A stretch of 64,000 bases of DNA from the IMG/VR virus record IMGVR_UViG_3300019935_000002, positions 1-64,000 of that record. One strand, 5' to 3'. The translations under genes were made by a program, and so were the position numbers. Positions 31,043-43,135 of this stretch are shown here, piece after piece (the first letter of the stretch is position 1; each line of letters starts with the position of its first letter). The stretch is from a virus. The notes beneath the pieces are model-generated. The model saw only the letters and a list, made by a program, of their open reading frames with translations. It was not told the DNA's origin and made no database searches.

Positions 31043-32511
31043 ATCATACTCCTTTGAACTGGACGAATGGATATCTTTCTCGTAGTTGCGCCTCCACGTC
31101 CTCGCGTGACCCTCTCAGGTAGTCGATGAACAGAGTACGGTCAGAGCTAACAGAGATGACTTCCTCGTCCTTAACCCCGTAGCCCATGGCTTTCAGCTCG
31201 CTGGTAACGAGGACGGCGTGTGCCACATAAAGCGGCCCGCCGTCCATGCTGTTACCCCAGTAAGCTCCTCCACGATCATAGCCTTTTTTGTTCAGCTGGA
31301 CCTCCCGCAGATTCGCTCGCCACACACAAGCTTTTAGGGCCATATCGAGAGGGCCTGTAAGCCTCACCTTCCTGCCGGAAGGGACGCCATGAAGCTCCGG
31401 GGTGTTGCAGATCAACTTGTCGAAGGGGAGGGCTTTATCAGTGGTGAGGGTTTTGATTGTTTTCATCTCAGCCTCCGAACTCAGACATGTAATCCTCGAC
31501 CATAACTGCGCCCTCGGGCAAGTCTTGAACCAAGCGGCCGCTGGCGATTGACTCTTCAGCCAGCTCTCGACTGACGTTAAAATGCTCTCCGTCTACCGTA
31601 AATCCGTGGGTGTACAGGATATCCGCCAGTTGCTGCTTGTCTTTCCTACTCAGGCTACGTGCCTGGGTCGGGATGGCTACTTGAGTTGGCCCAGGGATCA
31701 GCAGGTAACGTGTCTTGCTTGATTTCATTTTGCCTCCAGAATTGCTTCAGTTAGTTTAGTTACACAGTCAGGGCAGGTGTTGACTTGGTTGCTTAGATCG
31801 GTGTCCACCTTGACTATTACATCATTCTCAGCTTTTCCGCACAGCGAACACGACAGCAGCCCTGCTCGCTCTCCTTGTGTGTGATTTGCCCACCCGCTGA
31901 AAGTGAAGGTCTCATATTTCAGATAATCGAGAAGGTAGCCCGCCTCCCTGCACTCTCTACAGTTGCACGGCTGGTCCTCGCATAACCAGGCAGATAGGCG
32001 GGCGATCTCGGCTTCTATCTGCCCTCCGACATCTAGTACGGTTACCTTCATTTTCTCTCCAGAATGGCTTCAGTTAGTTGTTTGGTTATCTCCCGCTCCA
32101 GTTCCAGCGTTCCTCTGTTGACTTCTGTTAGAGGGACGGACACTGAGTCATGCAGGGCCTCGGCAAGGGAGAGTTGGCCCTCGGTTAGCTTTGCTTTGGG
32201 ACCGTCCCCAAATTTTTCCCGTATACGTCGGACATCGGAGACATACGTCGGAGGGTGAAACAACTCCTCTATTTCGTCCGGTGCCAGGGTCAGCTCGGTT
32301 CCTGCATCAGTCAATGCCTCAAACTGGTACAGGGCCGTGCTGCCGGCCGGAACACTCTCGCGGACGATATGGGCATTTCCGCAGCGGCGGCCATCTTTCG
32401 TAGGTAGTTGGGCGCCTACCTCCAATCCCTCTGCGACCCCCTCAGCCCATTCAGGTGGTGGCATTAGATGCCACCACTTCTCGTCCATAGGGTCTATCTC
32501 GCTAAATGGAA

Positions 32512-33210
32512 TCATTCGCTCACCTTTACCTTCGCTCGCCGGCCTCGCTTACCGTTAGAAGACTCACGCATCTTTGCCATTTCGGCCATTAGCTCAGCAG
32601 GAGGTACCGCTAATTTGACGCCTGTACCTTTCACTGAAATCGGCACGTATTTCTCAAGGTCTGGGTAGGTCTCAATTAGTCGTTTGACCGTGGTCACAGA
32701 CTCCAGGCAGCTGGACAGCTTCGACTTCATTTTGCTTTCGTCTCCTCTCAGTTTGCTGCGTTTCAGGAAGAAGTCGTCGAGCTGTTGGCTTTGCTTAGGG
32801 GTGACGTACTTTTCCCTAATGTCCGTCCCATACTGGGAGATAACCGGCATACTGACCGTGGTAGGTTTGCCAGACATTGCTCCTCTGACAAATTCGCCCT
32901 CGCTGTTGAGGTAGTTGTTAAGACGGTCCTCGCTATGCCACTTTCCGAAGCATGACGCGACGCAGTAGGTGTATTCGACCCTGAGGGCGAAAACCTCCTG
33001 CCCCAGCTCTTTATTGCACTGCTCGATCTTTTCCCGCAGTTCGCGGCGTAGTCGTTCCGCCTTGTCCTGATCTTGAACCGCCCGAGCCTTAACAATCTGC
33101 TGGACTAGCAGGCTCTCCTCTCGAAGCAGCTCTTCGCGTCGCGTCTTGAAGATATCGTCCATCGCGTTGGTTACGATGGTTTCTTTGGCAGATTTAGTAA
33201 GTCTTGTCAT
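32512..33210 (-). CDS. Nmad5-like (nucleotide-modification-associated) protein
   Basis: N-terminal MTRLTK..KETI and C-terminal TTVKRLIETYPDL motifs. Confidence 0.6.
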   Translation of the reverse strand: MTRLTKSAKETIVTNAMDDIFKTRREELLREESLLVQQIVKARAVQDQDKAERLRRELREKIEQCNKELGQEVFALRVEYTYCVASCFGKWHSEDRLNNYLNSEGEFVRGAMSGKPTTVSMPVISQYGTDIREKYVTPKQSQQLDDFFLKRSKLRGDESKMKSKLSSCLESVTTVKRLIETYPDLEKYVPISVKGTGVKLAVPPAELMAEMAKMRESSNGKRGRRAKVKVSE

Positions 33211-33794
33211 GATGGTTCCTTAATTTGGGTTCAATTTTGCTTTAATTCTGGTTCGTAACGTCAGTAGATGCACCACTCATAGGCACCAGTTACTTTCTCT
33301 CCGGTCGACTCAATCTCGTACTCAACCAGAGATTTGAAGTCCTGCCCCTTCTTAGGAGGCACCACCACGTAGTTCGGCCTTCTGCATAGGACTGGGATCA
33401 TCCTCTTTGGCAGCTTTACCCAAAGCAGTACGCCCACAGGTGGAAGCCCTGTGCTGAATTTTGGCTCCCAGTTGGGGTCGGACAGTGGGGCGGATGTCCT
33501 CCATCTGTGATATGAGGCAATCATTTCCTTTGGTACCCGTAATGAGTAATGGCAGAGGCCAGGGTTTGGATCTCTCGGAATCCCCTGTGGAATCCATTAC
33601 CCTTAATCCTTTGGGCGATCTGGTCGATTTTCTCAGCGTCCAGAGTCTCGAAGTAGTTTGCGATAAAAGAGGTTTGGGTTGATATGTCCGCCTTAGCTAG
33701 AAATTTGGCCACGCAGTCCACGTCTACCTCGTACTCTTTCATCTGGCTAACTGTAAATGTCTTCATCAGATCTACTCCTATCAGCAGCGCGGCG

Positions 33795-34142
33795 TTACTT
33801 CCACAAGTCACCCGACATGCAGCCAATGGTAATTTCCGATGCGAAAGCTCTCACAGTCTCTTGCTTACCCTCGGTCGTATCGGCCACCGGCTTTGACCAT
33901 GCCTTGGCTGCCAATTTAGCGTGAAGGCGGGCCAGTGGGCCATAGCTGGCCAGAGCCATGTAGCCGTCCAGTGTGTCGCCTCGCTGTCTGGCTCCCATCA
34001 CCGGGGCGGCCATATTGCCCAAAGCCTTGCACTCGCTGTAGGGCGAAGCTTGGGCTGGTTGCGCGGAAGCCGCTGCCATTACCGCCACGAATGCTGCAGC
34101 CAGTAACTTATTTTTCAGGCTCAATTTCTGTGCTTTGTTCAT
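33795..34142 (-). CDS. Secreted/periplasmic protein
   Basis: Signal peptide LLAAAFVAVMAAASAQPAQA and a pair of Cys residues. Confidence 0.55.
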   Translation of the reverse strand: MNKAQKLSLKNKLLAAAFVAVMAAASAQPAQASPYSECKALGNMAAPVMGARQRGDTLDGYMALASYGPLARLHAKLAAKAWSKPVADTTEGKQETVRAFASEITIGCMSGDLWK

Positions 34143-34170
34143 GGTTATTCTCCAAAGTGTAAGTAGCTTT

Positions 34171-34199
34171 ATTGTAGCCATAGGTACTGGTTTATTCAA
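34171..34199 (-). promoter_or_regulatory. sigma70-like promoter inside an 11-bp inverted repeat
   Basis: TTGAAT-17 nt-TACAAT; repeat arms at 34176-34186 and 34200-34210. Confidence 0.6.
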
Positions 34200-34215
34200 T
34201 ACCTATGGCTCATAC

Positions 34216-34251
34216 TCGATTTAGTCGATTTAGTCGATTTAGTCGATTTAG
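34216..34251. repeat. Tandem repeat (TCGATTTAG)x4
   Basis: Four exact 9-mers that reiterate the stop codon of ORF 34248-34598. Confidence 0.9.
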
Positions 34252-34647
34252 TTGATCTTACTCAGGCACATACTGCGGTTCATCGCTGACATGGCGTTAT
34301 CTGTTACGCCAAGCTCATGCAGAGCATCCAGAAGTGAAGGTGACATGCCTTCGGCCATCTCGATAGCACGGCTAATGTTCCCGTTGATCAGCTGCCCTGC
34401 TATGAAGTAGGCCGGATCAAGGGTTGGCTCGCTAATTCTTGATTCGATCTCACCTGAGCTGTCACATATCCACCAAGTGGTATCCGAATGCTGCAGGTAG
34501 TAGTCCGGGTGTTCCGGCAGCTGTCCTCGGTAGACAATGGTGCCGTCCTCAAGTGTAAACGCCGGTTCGTGCTGCGGAGAGAATGTAGGTTTTGTCATAG
34601 GTTTTACCTTTTAAGTCTTAATTTTTAATAGGAGCGGCCTATGGCCG

Positions 34648-35079
34648 CTATTGGATGGTTGTCGGGGCTGGCAGCCTGACGACGTTATCAGGCAGCTTCT
34701 CCTCCGGGTTGCGGCCCATGAGTTGGTCGTAGCCATCAGGCTTTGCATCTGGATCAATGACCAGCTGCACTATGCGAAGGTCATTGGCATGACCGTAGGC
34801 TACAATCGCGGAGTAAGGGATCTTGACCTCGTCAGCGGGCAGCCTGACCTTAACCTCCTCGTGGCATACCTCGTGGTCATACTCCCCAATGTAAAAGCCC
34901 GATACATAGTCCCCATGGGTCTCAATCTCTTGGAGACCCGTCAGCTTAGCCAGGTCTTCTTCCGCCAAATTGAAGTAGACCACTAACCCGTCAGCGGCCA
35001 TCTCCCTGATGATTGCCCGGCCTATGGCGTCATTGAATGTCTTCGGGAATTTAGAGGGTAAGTAGGGAAGTTTCTTCAT
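34648..35079 (-). CDS. Hypothetical protein, weakly SspB-like
   Basis: RAIIREM..DGLVVYF, VKIPYSAIVAY and a C-terminal NVVRL resemble SspB elements. Confidence 0.3.
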   Translation of the reverse strand: MKKLPYLPSKFPKTFNDAIGRAIIREMAADGLVVYFNLAEEDLAKLTGLQEIETHGDYVSGFYIGEYDHEVCHEEVKVRLPADEVKIPYSAIVAYGHANDLRIVQLVIDPDAKPDGYDQLMGRNPEEKLPDNVVRLPAPTTIQ

Positions 35080-35875
35080 TAGGTCTCCTTCTCGTTGTTG
35101 GTTGGGAACCTCACAACCATGTTGAGGTTGACTAGCTCAGGGTCAAAGGCCCCATAGCCTGCAAACATGTCGACCAGTTCTTTCTCCATCAGACTGAAAT
35201 CGATATCACCGGCAGGGGATGCCCACCAAGCATAGGAGACGAAGTGCTTCTCGTTTTGAGAAGCTATCAGTCTGTCGCACATCTTCCTGATGGCAGGCGA
35301 TAGGGACTTTATCGTTCCAGATTCCTCAAGGATGTCGACCTTGTGGTACAGCTCGTCATCTGACTGGCAGAAGACTATCGCTATCACCTGCCAGCTGTAG
35401 CTACCCTTTAGGATCTTGTTTGCGGTTGCCTGGGGCAGCACCACCGTCCTGTCTCTGGATCGAGATATCATCTTGGGAAGCATGGTACCGTCGGCGCACC
35501 AGAAGTTTTTGACTTGGTCTCTGATAAGGTTGTCAGCTCTCTTCCGCCGGAAGTGAGTCTTTGATTTTCTGTGTTTGGATTTAGGCATAATTGCTCCTAG
35601 GCTGAGCCAAAGTTGTGGTCACCGGTGAATCATCAGGGTCTCGCCGTAGATGTGGTGACATTCATCCTCGTCCAGCCCTAAAATATCGTACAATTTGTCG
35701 TCCTGCTCCCTGTCAGTGCAGGACATATCAACATAGAGCTGATCTGGGTCGCCTTCACGGGTAAAGCAATCAATCTGGGAGGCGACTGCCTCAAACTGTT
35801 CAAGGCTTACCTTGATTGAGTACAGTGCGGCGGGTTCGATGCTTGTCATAGGTTTCTCCTATCAAAAATCCAAAT

Positions 35876-36085
35876 TCAATCGTCTGAATCTATCTCGTCA
35901 TCGATCCGGTCAGCATCCCAGTAGCCTGCCAGCCACCAATGTCTTAAAGTCATTGGTGACGCTGACCTGTCTGAACGATATTGAGGCAGAGACTCCGGAG
36001 GGTAGGGGCAGGCTGATTCTGATTCGCCTACCCACCTTGACCGGATGCCTTCATAGTAGACATCCGGGTAATCTTCCGGCTTCAC
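35876..36085 (-). CDS. Ribosome modulation factor (RMF)-like protein
   Basis: Y.EG...G.S..CPY...R.WWLAGYWDA matches the RMF pattern (GxSxxxCPY...WLxGWxxA). Confidence 0.55.
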   Translation of the reverse strand: MKPEDYPDVYYEGIRSRWVGESESACPYPPESLPQYRSDRSASPMTLRHWWLAGYWDADRIDDEIDSDD

Positions 36086-38667
36086 TTCCTAATCCAAATA
36101 GAGCAGGCCATCGGCGCCTTCATAAACATCGACGTCGCCGAACTTAACCGCTACTTCAGTTAGCCAGCTGCCGAGATCCCCCAGCCCTCTATCAAAGAAC
36201 CCTGACCCGTGGCCACAGCGGGTCAGCCAGAAGTCATGGCCGAGGTTGGAGGCTTGGTCCTCCATATACTCGCGGATCTTCTCGGACACCTCCAGCTCAA
36301 TAACAGAGGTGTCCAAATCCATCAGGTTATACATACCGTCTGCAGCTATCAGCATGACGCCGCAGTCTCTTTGGGCTTGGAGGACGGCAATGGGTGAGAA
36401 GTTCTCGACGGAAAACGAGGCGTCCATGGGGTTGCTATACTCATCTACGGATGCCCACAGAGCTGTGGCCAGGTATTGGTGCGTCATCTTATCGATGTCT
36501 TTGCTGAGGTCTAGGTTAGGATGCGGCATGGTGAACTCCTATTGAGCTTCTTCGGTTTCGTCTTCAGGTTCGGTCAAGGCTAAGATCGCGCCTGACATGG
36601 CTTGGATCAGCATTGTCGACCCGTGCCCTAAGTTGCCGTAACCGCGCCAAAAAGGTGCTACTAACTTTGCCAAATCAGCAGGTGTTAAGACTTCGCGCTC
36701 AAGTAGTGTGCCTAGCAGTCTTGGGTGGAACTCTTTCCCGCACAGGATGGACAGCGCAACGGTTATATCTGGGCTGACAAACTCGGAGCTTATATTGCCG
36801 TCCCAGCTTATGTAATCGACGCACTTAACCAACTGCTCAAAGTTGGTGACCTGTGGCAGAATGTCTGAGTGCTTCCAGCCTTTCTCAACTTTCGGCCATA
36901 TAGCTTTGGCCTTGTTAAGCGCCTCTCCGTAAGTCATCGGGAACTTGGGGTACCGGTACAGGTCGATAGAGCGACCCTCAACCGAGAAATGGCCTTTGTT
37001 GAAGTCGTCGACGAAATTGATCAGGTCGTCTGCGCCTTCATGGTTAGCGAATATATCGAGTACTTCGTCGACGCTGTAGTTTACGTGTTCTTTGGTATGT
37101 TTGAGTGGTTTCATGTTAATGCCTTTAGTTTTCGGTTAGTTTGATTTGAAGAGCCTTGAACTCTTCGTCAGTTAAATCTTCGATGAACTGCTTATCAGCC
37201 AAAACTTCCTTGCGAACCCTGTCGTTCTGCTCCGCTGGCGCCAGCATATAGTCCCTCAGCCTTTCCGTCCGGTAGCCGTGAGACTCAGGCAGGTTTTCGT
37301 AGGGTTCATCCTCTACGGAGACTTTAGGACTGGCGGACATGTCAATCAATAAGGTGGCTGGCTGATTAACCCTAAGCTGTAAGGAGAGCAATGCCGGGCG
37401 GCAGTTCAGACGTACATTCCCTAAAATATGCGGGTGGCTTATATAGCTGAGAGGAAGATTTGATCCTAACCCTGCTACGGAGGTTGTAACTTCTAAAGTG
37501 CTGCGACCTATGTCCACCTCCTTTTGCAGCTTATCAAATAAGGCTTTGGCGTGGCGTACCACTCCCTCCCTTGGGCCAAAACAAACGCTTATGAACTGCC
37601 TGTCCGGGTCATCGATTCGCACCTTGACGTGAGTGTCGACCACTTTAAAGCCCAAGTTAGCAGGCACCGGTACACTTGCCAGGCGGTCGAACTTGAGCAG
37701 GAGTCCTAACTCATGCGTGTCTTCCGTGATGAACCCTCCCTCGGTCAGACTTTTAACATGGCGGCCAAACCTTTCCCTGGAAGCTTCAAGGTCAAGCCCC
37801 AAGTGCATAGCCCTGTGCAGGAGGTCACTGATATCAGGGTGTTGACGGCTGTAGCCTGCGATGTACAAGCCCTGCGTCTCGGGATCGGTTATATGGTGAA
37901 CCCGGTATCGAGTCTTGACCTGAACCTCTGGCTTCACGTCGTCTGCGACTGATGAGCTTACCTTGGGCCTAGTGACCCAGTAAGAGGTGAGAGCGGCGAT
38001 AGTTCCTGCCGCGATCAGAAAGTCTGAAAGTTCCATGGCTGTTCCTCAAAATTTGCCCGACAGAACTCCCAGCAGCCCTGCCAGAGCGGTTAATTGCAAT
38101 AAAGATCCTGCCGTCCATTTCAGTGACTCTGCAGGCAAAGCCGCCCACTGCTGTAGCCGTAGCTCCGGATATTTCCACCACAGAGCCACAAGCATAACTA
38201 AAGGCCGGTAACCTAGCAAGCGCAGGACATTGGCCATTAGCAGGGAGGAAAGGGCGGCGATGGCTACAGAGATCACTTCAGGTAGTCCATTGAGGTCTTA
38301 AGGATGTGCTCGGCTTGGCGCATCTGCCTGTCCAACTCCTTCCTTCGCAGCTCAGCTGTATGCCTTACCTCCTCAGCGGCCTGTTCTGGGCATTTAAATA
38401 GGAAGCAGGATGAAAAATCGTACTCCGCATCCCTCTCTAAGACACTGCGGAAGAGTGGGTCGCAGCTTATTGCGAATTTTGACGGTCTGTGAGCTGTCTT
38501 AACTGCTGAGAAGCCTATTCCCTGCAGCTCAGAAGACCGATTCAGCACTCCGTAAAATTTAGTGCCTATAGGGGCTTCAAGTATCTGCATAACCGCCTCC
38601 TCAGAAAACAAAAGTCTTCAGCTGCTGATCTTTAGGTACCCATACCACTGTCGGTTCAATCGCAGGT

Positions 38668-39402
38668 TCAGCTGTCAGGATCATCGCGGCCAGAATTAGT
38701 GCCATGCTTAACTCCTTTAAATTTTGGAATTTTAATTTTAGTCAGCGCCACGACCATCCGCTGCATCGCGTCAGCTGTTGCGCAAGCGCCGCACTTCTTG
38801 AAAGCCTCAGAGTTTACATCTTGTCCGCAGGGAGAGCAGATGACTCTGTCCGCTGGCGGCTGGGGTGGAGTTGGAGGCTGAGGAGGAAGGTTGGCAGGCG
38901 TCATCTTCTCCTTAAACTCTGCCTCCCTCCTGTGATAGATTTGGCCGGATTCAGTGTCTTGGTAGATGACGCGGTTCTCACCGCGAGATCGCCCTGCGCC
39001 TTTTGCTATGCCTAACACCCTGTAGATCGTGAGGTTGGCACTGTAGGTTACGTACTCAGGTAGGTTCGTGGCTGTCCCCGGTTTGATGTGCAGTCCGTCT
39101 TTAGAGAGACACACCTTAAAATCCCTGCCTTGGTTAACAACTGTAATGCGAACCTGAAGAGGTGATGTGGGTACGGTTCCGTCCCAGGATTCAGCGAAGG
39201 CGTGAGTTATTTCCTTCACTTCACCCGGCCGAATCTTGCCAATCAGGTTGGCAGACATCCGGGTGCCTAGCCCTTCCAACTTCTCTAACTTTTGTCCAGT
39301 GGTTAGCTCTGTACCCAGCAGGGACTGGGCCTCGCGCCTTAGGTAGGCTGGGACGTTCAGATCTGACGCCACCTTTTTAATAAAGCTTTCAGTTTTGGCC
39401 AT
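38668..39402 (-). CDS. Hypothetical protein with DUF1653-like domain
   Basis: IYRVLGIA...VIYQD...IYHR...F motif. Confidence 0.45.
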   Translation of the reverse strand: MAKTESFIKKVASDLNVPAYLRREAQSLLGTELTTGQKLEKLEGLGTRMSANLIGKIRPGEVKEITHAFAESWDGTVPTSPLQVRITVVNQGRDFKVCLSKDGLHIKPGTATNLPEYVTYSANLTIYRVLGIAKGAGRSRGENRVIYQDTESGQIYHRREAEFKEKMTPANLPPQPPTPPQPPADRVICSPCGQDVNSEAFKKCGACATADAMQRMVVALTKIKIPKFKGVKHGTNSGRDDPDS

Positions 39403-41333
39403 CCTACACCTTCAACTCTTCAAATCCATCCACCAAATTCAGAACCAGCTCATCACCCGGCAGGCTGTTATAGTAGTCCTGCACTTTTTGGACGAACGCT
39501 TCAGCCTGCTCGCCTTTTACAGCCACGCCCTCGTCCACCCACTCCTTGACGGCCTCGTTGTGGCCTTCCTCGAAGCAGAAGGTTCCGATCCAGCTAAGGT
39601 TGTATGCTGCACTCCAATAGACGAGGTGCCTTACAGGCATGTCGGCTGCGTCCAGAGCGTCAATCACGATCACGTTCACGTTCAGTTGCATAGGTTTGTC
39701 CTAGTTGTCTGCCATCCAGTACGTCATGTGCATAAAATGCCCGCCGAGATAGACGGGTCGTGAGGATAGCTTAGGGTTAGCTGCACCTCCTAATGTGCAG
39801 TAGCCAAGGTACGATATCTGCGTCATGTCGAGGCCTATAGATTGTCGGAGGCCGGAGCCTCCTATTGTAGTTACAGCTCTACTTCACCCGAGTTGAGCTT
39901 ATTCGCCAATTCTTCCGCCACTTCTCTCGGCATGTAGACTTTGCCAGCATCCTGCAGGGTGCTCTCAAATGACGCCCCCCAGGCTTGGTTAGTATGGTCG
40001 AAATAGACGTACCACTTTCTCTCCTTAATATCAGACCACTCAGGTTCCCACCCAGGAGCATGCTCATCGACATAGGCCAGGAGACGGTTGAAGGTTCGTG
40101 CTTTTTCATAGGCAGACTTGGCCTGCTCTCTGGTCTTTCTCTCGATGCCGTAATCACGGCATCGAGAGTCGGAAGTGCCGTAGAAGGCCCCGGAAGCAGC
40201 GAAAACAAAATCCCCGTCCTCAGGCTCCCACTTCTCAATCTCAGCCTTGCCCGCCGTAGCATTCTTCAGCTCTCCGGCAACCTCCAGCAGCTCAGCTGCC
40301 TTTGCTTCCAGTTTTTCAATCAGTTCTTTTGACATGTTGTAACTCCTGATGCTTGTTTATGCTCACGTTTAGGTGCCTTCACACCCTCTTCCCGTTCACG
40401 ACCACCTCAGCTTCCATATCCACTACGATGACCCGGTACTTGTTCTCACCATTGACGGCTACGTTCTGGACAGTTCCGACCGGGAACTTCATCTCCATCG
40501 TCTTCAGGAACTCGCTGGTGACGTCCTTCTTGCTATTGCCTACCGCTACGCCTTGGCCGTTATGGCGGCCCCAATAGATGCGCTCGGTCAGTGGGCTGAA
40601 CATCAGCCCTGTTTGGTAAGCCATAATTTTCTCCTCAGCCTTTCGGCAAATCTCCGGACAAGAATTTAAGAGCCTCATCGCCTACTAACTGCGTGCTGCC
40701 GATGTTTAACTCAAGATGGTTGGACTCAGTCTTGTGCACGCAGGCCAGCAGAGCGTCCTTCCACAGACCTACGCCGCCTAAGGTCAGCTGATAGATTCCA
40801 TCCCTGACATAAACGACCGTCAGACGTCGCGCTTCTTCGCGCCCAAGGCGGAACTTAAGGAAGTAATTTAGCGGGCCTGATCGGCTAATCTGTATCTCTG
40901 CCTTTCGCAGACCTAGCTCGGTCACGGCCTGGCGATACAGCAGGTTGTGCTCGATGTGGATTTCCTTGATAACACTGTCGATACCGTCGGCACAGGCGCG
41001 GGCTACCTCTATCTCGCTGTTGTATGCAGGGATTATTTTTAGTGTGACTGTTGCCATCAGAACCCTCCTTTAAGCTCTTCCAGTGCGCTTACACACCCGG
41101 CCATCTCCGCAATCTGCGTAGCCAGATCACCAGCCAGTATCATGATCTGTTTAGGCTCCCAATCCTCGAAATCAAGGTTCAGGGCCATGTTGATATCATC
41201 CAGCAGGGCTGTTTTGTTGCCCGCCAAATAGCTGACAATTTTGCTACCGTCCATGTGTTCTCGGAGGAAGGCAGACAGCGCTATCTGATAACAGTCGATC
41301 ACCTTCTGGGTTTGTTCTGAGTATTTCATAGGG

Positions 41334-41507
41334 TTACTCCTGTTTCTCTTTTTTGATGCGCTCGAAGATCTCTTGTCGGTGCACCTCGACCTCCCGAGGC
41401 GCACTTACACCGATACGAACCTGGCAGCCGTTAACCTCCAGAACCTTTACCGCTACGTCATCACCAATCATGATAGTTTCGCCAATGCGTCGAGTTAGAA
41501 TAAGCAT
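41334..41507 (-). CDS. csrA: Carbon storage regulator CsrA/RsmA (57 aa; absent from the ORF track)
   Basis: Translates as [57 protein letters not shown]; AAGGT SD. Confidence 0.95.
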   Translation of the reverse strand: MLILTRRIGETIMIGDDVAVKVLEVNGCQVRIGVSAPREVEVHRQEIFERIKKEKQE

Positions 41508-43135
41508 TTTATTTACCTTTTATTGAGTTTGTGGGTTGTGGTTTGTCGCTTAGTTTTGGTTCGGTTGCTTACCTGGGTCAGGTAATTCAATCGAGTTTTC
41601 CAGCACTGCAGACAGCATCGAGCCTACCTGTGCCCTTGAATCCTGCAGGTCTTCGTTGCCTTTACGGGCGATGGCCTTCTGGATGCGGTCTGTCTGGAAG
41701 CTTACGCTGCCCGCTACATCGGACAGGTTTTCGGCTAGGTCTCGGAGACCTACGACCTTCATCGCCTCGCTAAGGTAGGCTAACTCTCTAGCGTTATCAC
41801 GCTAGAGTTTCCATCGCGTCGAAGGTTTCGTTGATATAGTCACTCATCAGCAATCTCTCCGCTAAGCTCGAAGCTAATGCCCTCTTCTGCCTCGAAAAGG
41901 TCTCGGGCAATGTCAGCCAGCTCTTTTGACAATTTGGTGTTACCTACCCGCTCAAGGTGGATGGACAGCCCGTGCAGATTTTCTGAGCAGTTGGACACTG
42001 TTGACAGGTGCTGATCGATTTTTGAGGGTGCTGGAATGAACTCCACCTTGAAATCAAAGCAGGCGTCGGTTCCGGCGCGAACGAGCTCCATCTTGCAGAT
42101 CTTCTCTGCAATACCCTCCTTAACCAGCAGGTCAGCTGCCTGATCCTCTACGGGCTCGAACATGTCGCACCGGAACCAGGCATCTGCCCCTGCCCCTACA
42201 TTCGCCTTAGCTGAGCTTTGCAGGCTTGTAGAGCAAAAGTGAAAATGAGGGTGACCGGATAGTGGGGCTACAGTCACGATTACTGATTTGGTTTCTTTCT
42301 GGTTTGCTGGGTCTTTCTTAGGATTGGTCATTCATCACCTCTACAAATTTCTCAAGTTCAATTCTCAGGGCGGTGGGTTTGTCGTCCTCGTATCCTCCGT
42401 CCATGCCCATACGGATATTGCCGTTCAGGCAATACTCGGCCATGTCCACTACCGTAGACTTAGCTTCCTCACTGAGCGAATCCCAGGCAGTCTCAGGCGA
42501 GCCTTCCTTCCCAAGCTTACCCACCAGCCACTCGGCCATAGCCTCAGTGTTAACCATGGCGATAGTTTCTGTCTGGTCGTCATGGTCATCCACAATCCGA
42601 CGAACTACCTCCCATCCATCCGCGCAAGGGCTGTAGCTGTATGTCGTAAGGTCATCTCCGTGGCGAGACTGTATGGCCCGTTCGCACTCCTCCCAACGCT
42701 CAGGGTGAAGATCTGCTCGGTCGACCTTGGCCTTTGCCATAGTCTCAGACATGTGACTGGTGCAGAGGATTATCGCCTCCTCTCGCGTCATATCGGTATG
42801 AGTGAAATCCTCCACCACATCGCTGAAACGGGCATAGAGTCCGTCGGGTTGTTTTACAATTCGCCAAGCCATGTTGTTCTCCTCAATTACTTTGCGGCTG
42901 CCTCTATGGCGCCGTAGTCTAATTCCGACACCTTCAAGGTCTGCCCTCCCAGCTCCACCTGCGTCCAATCCTCACCTCGCTGCCACAGCAAAAGCAGCTT
43001 GGCAATCCTTCCGTCTTCGAGAACGACGAACGTCTTATAGGTGAAGGATTCTACGTAGACAGGCAGATTGTGCAGGTCTGGCAAGAACACTGTGATTCTT
43101 TCTTCTTGCCTCCTCTGGGATAGGTATGAATATTT

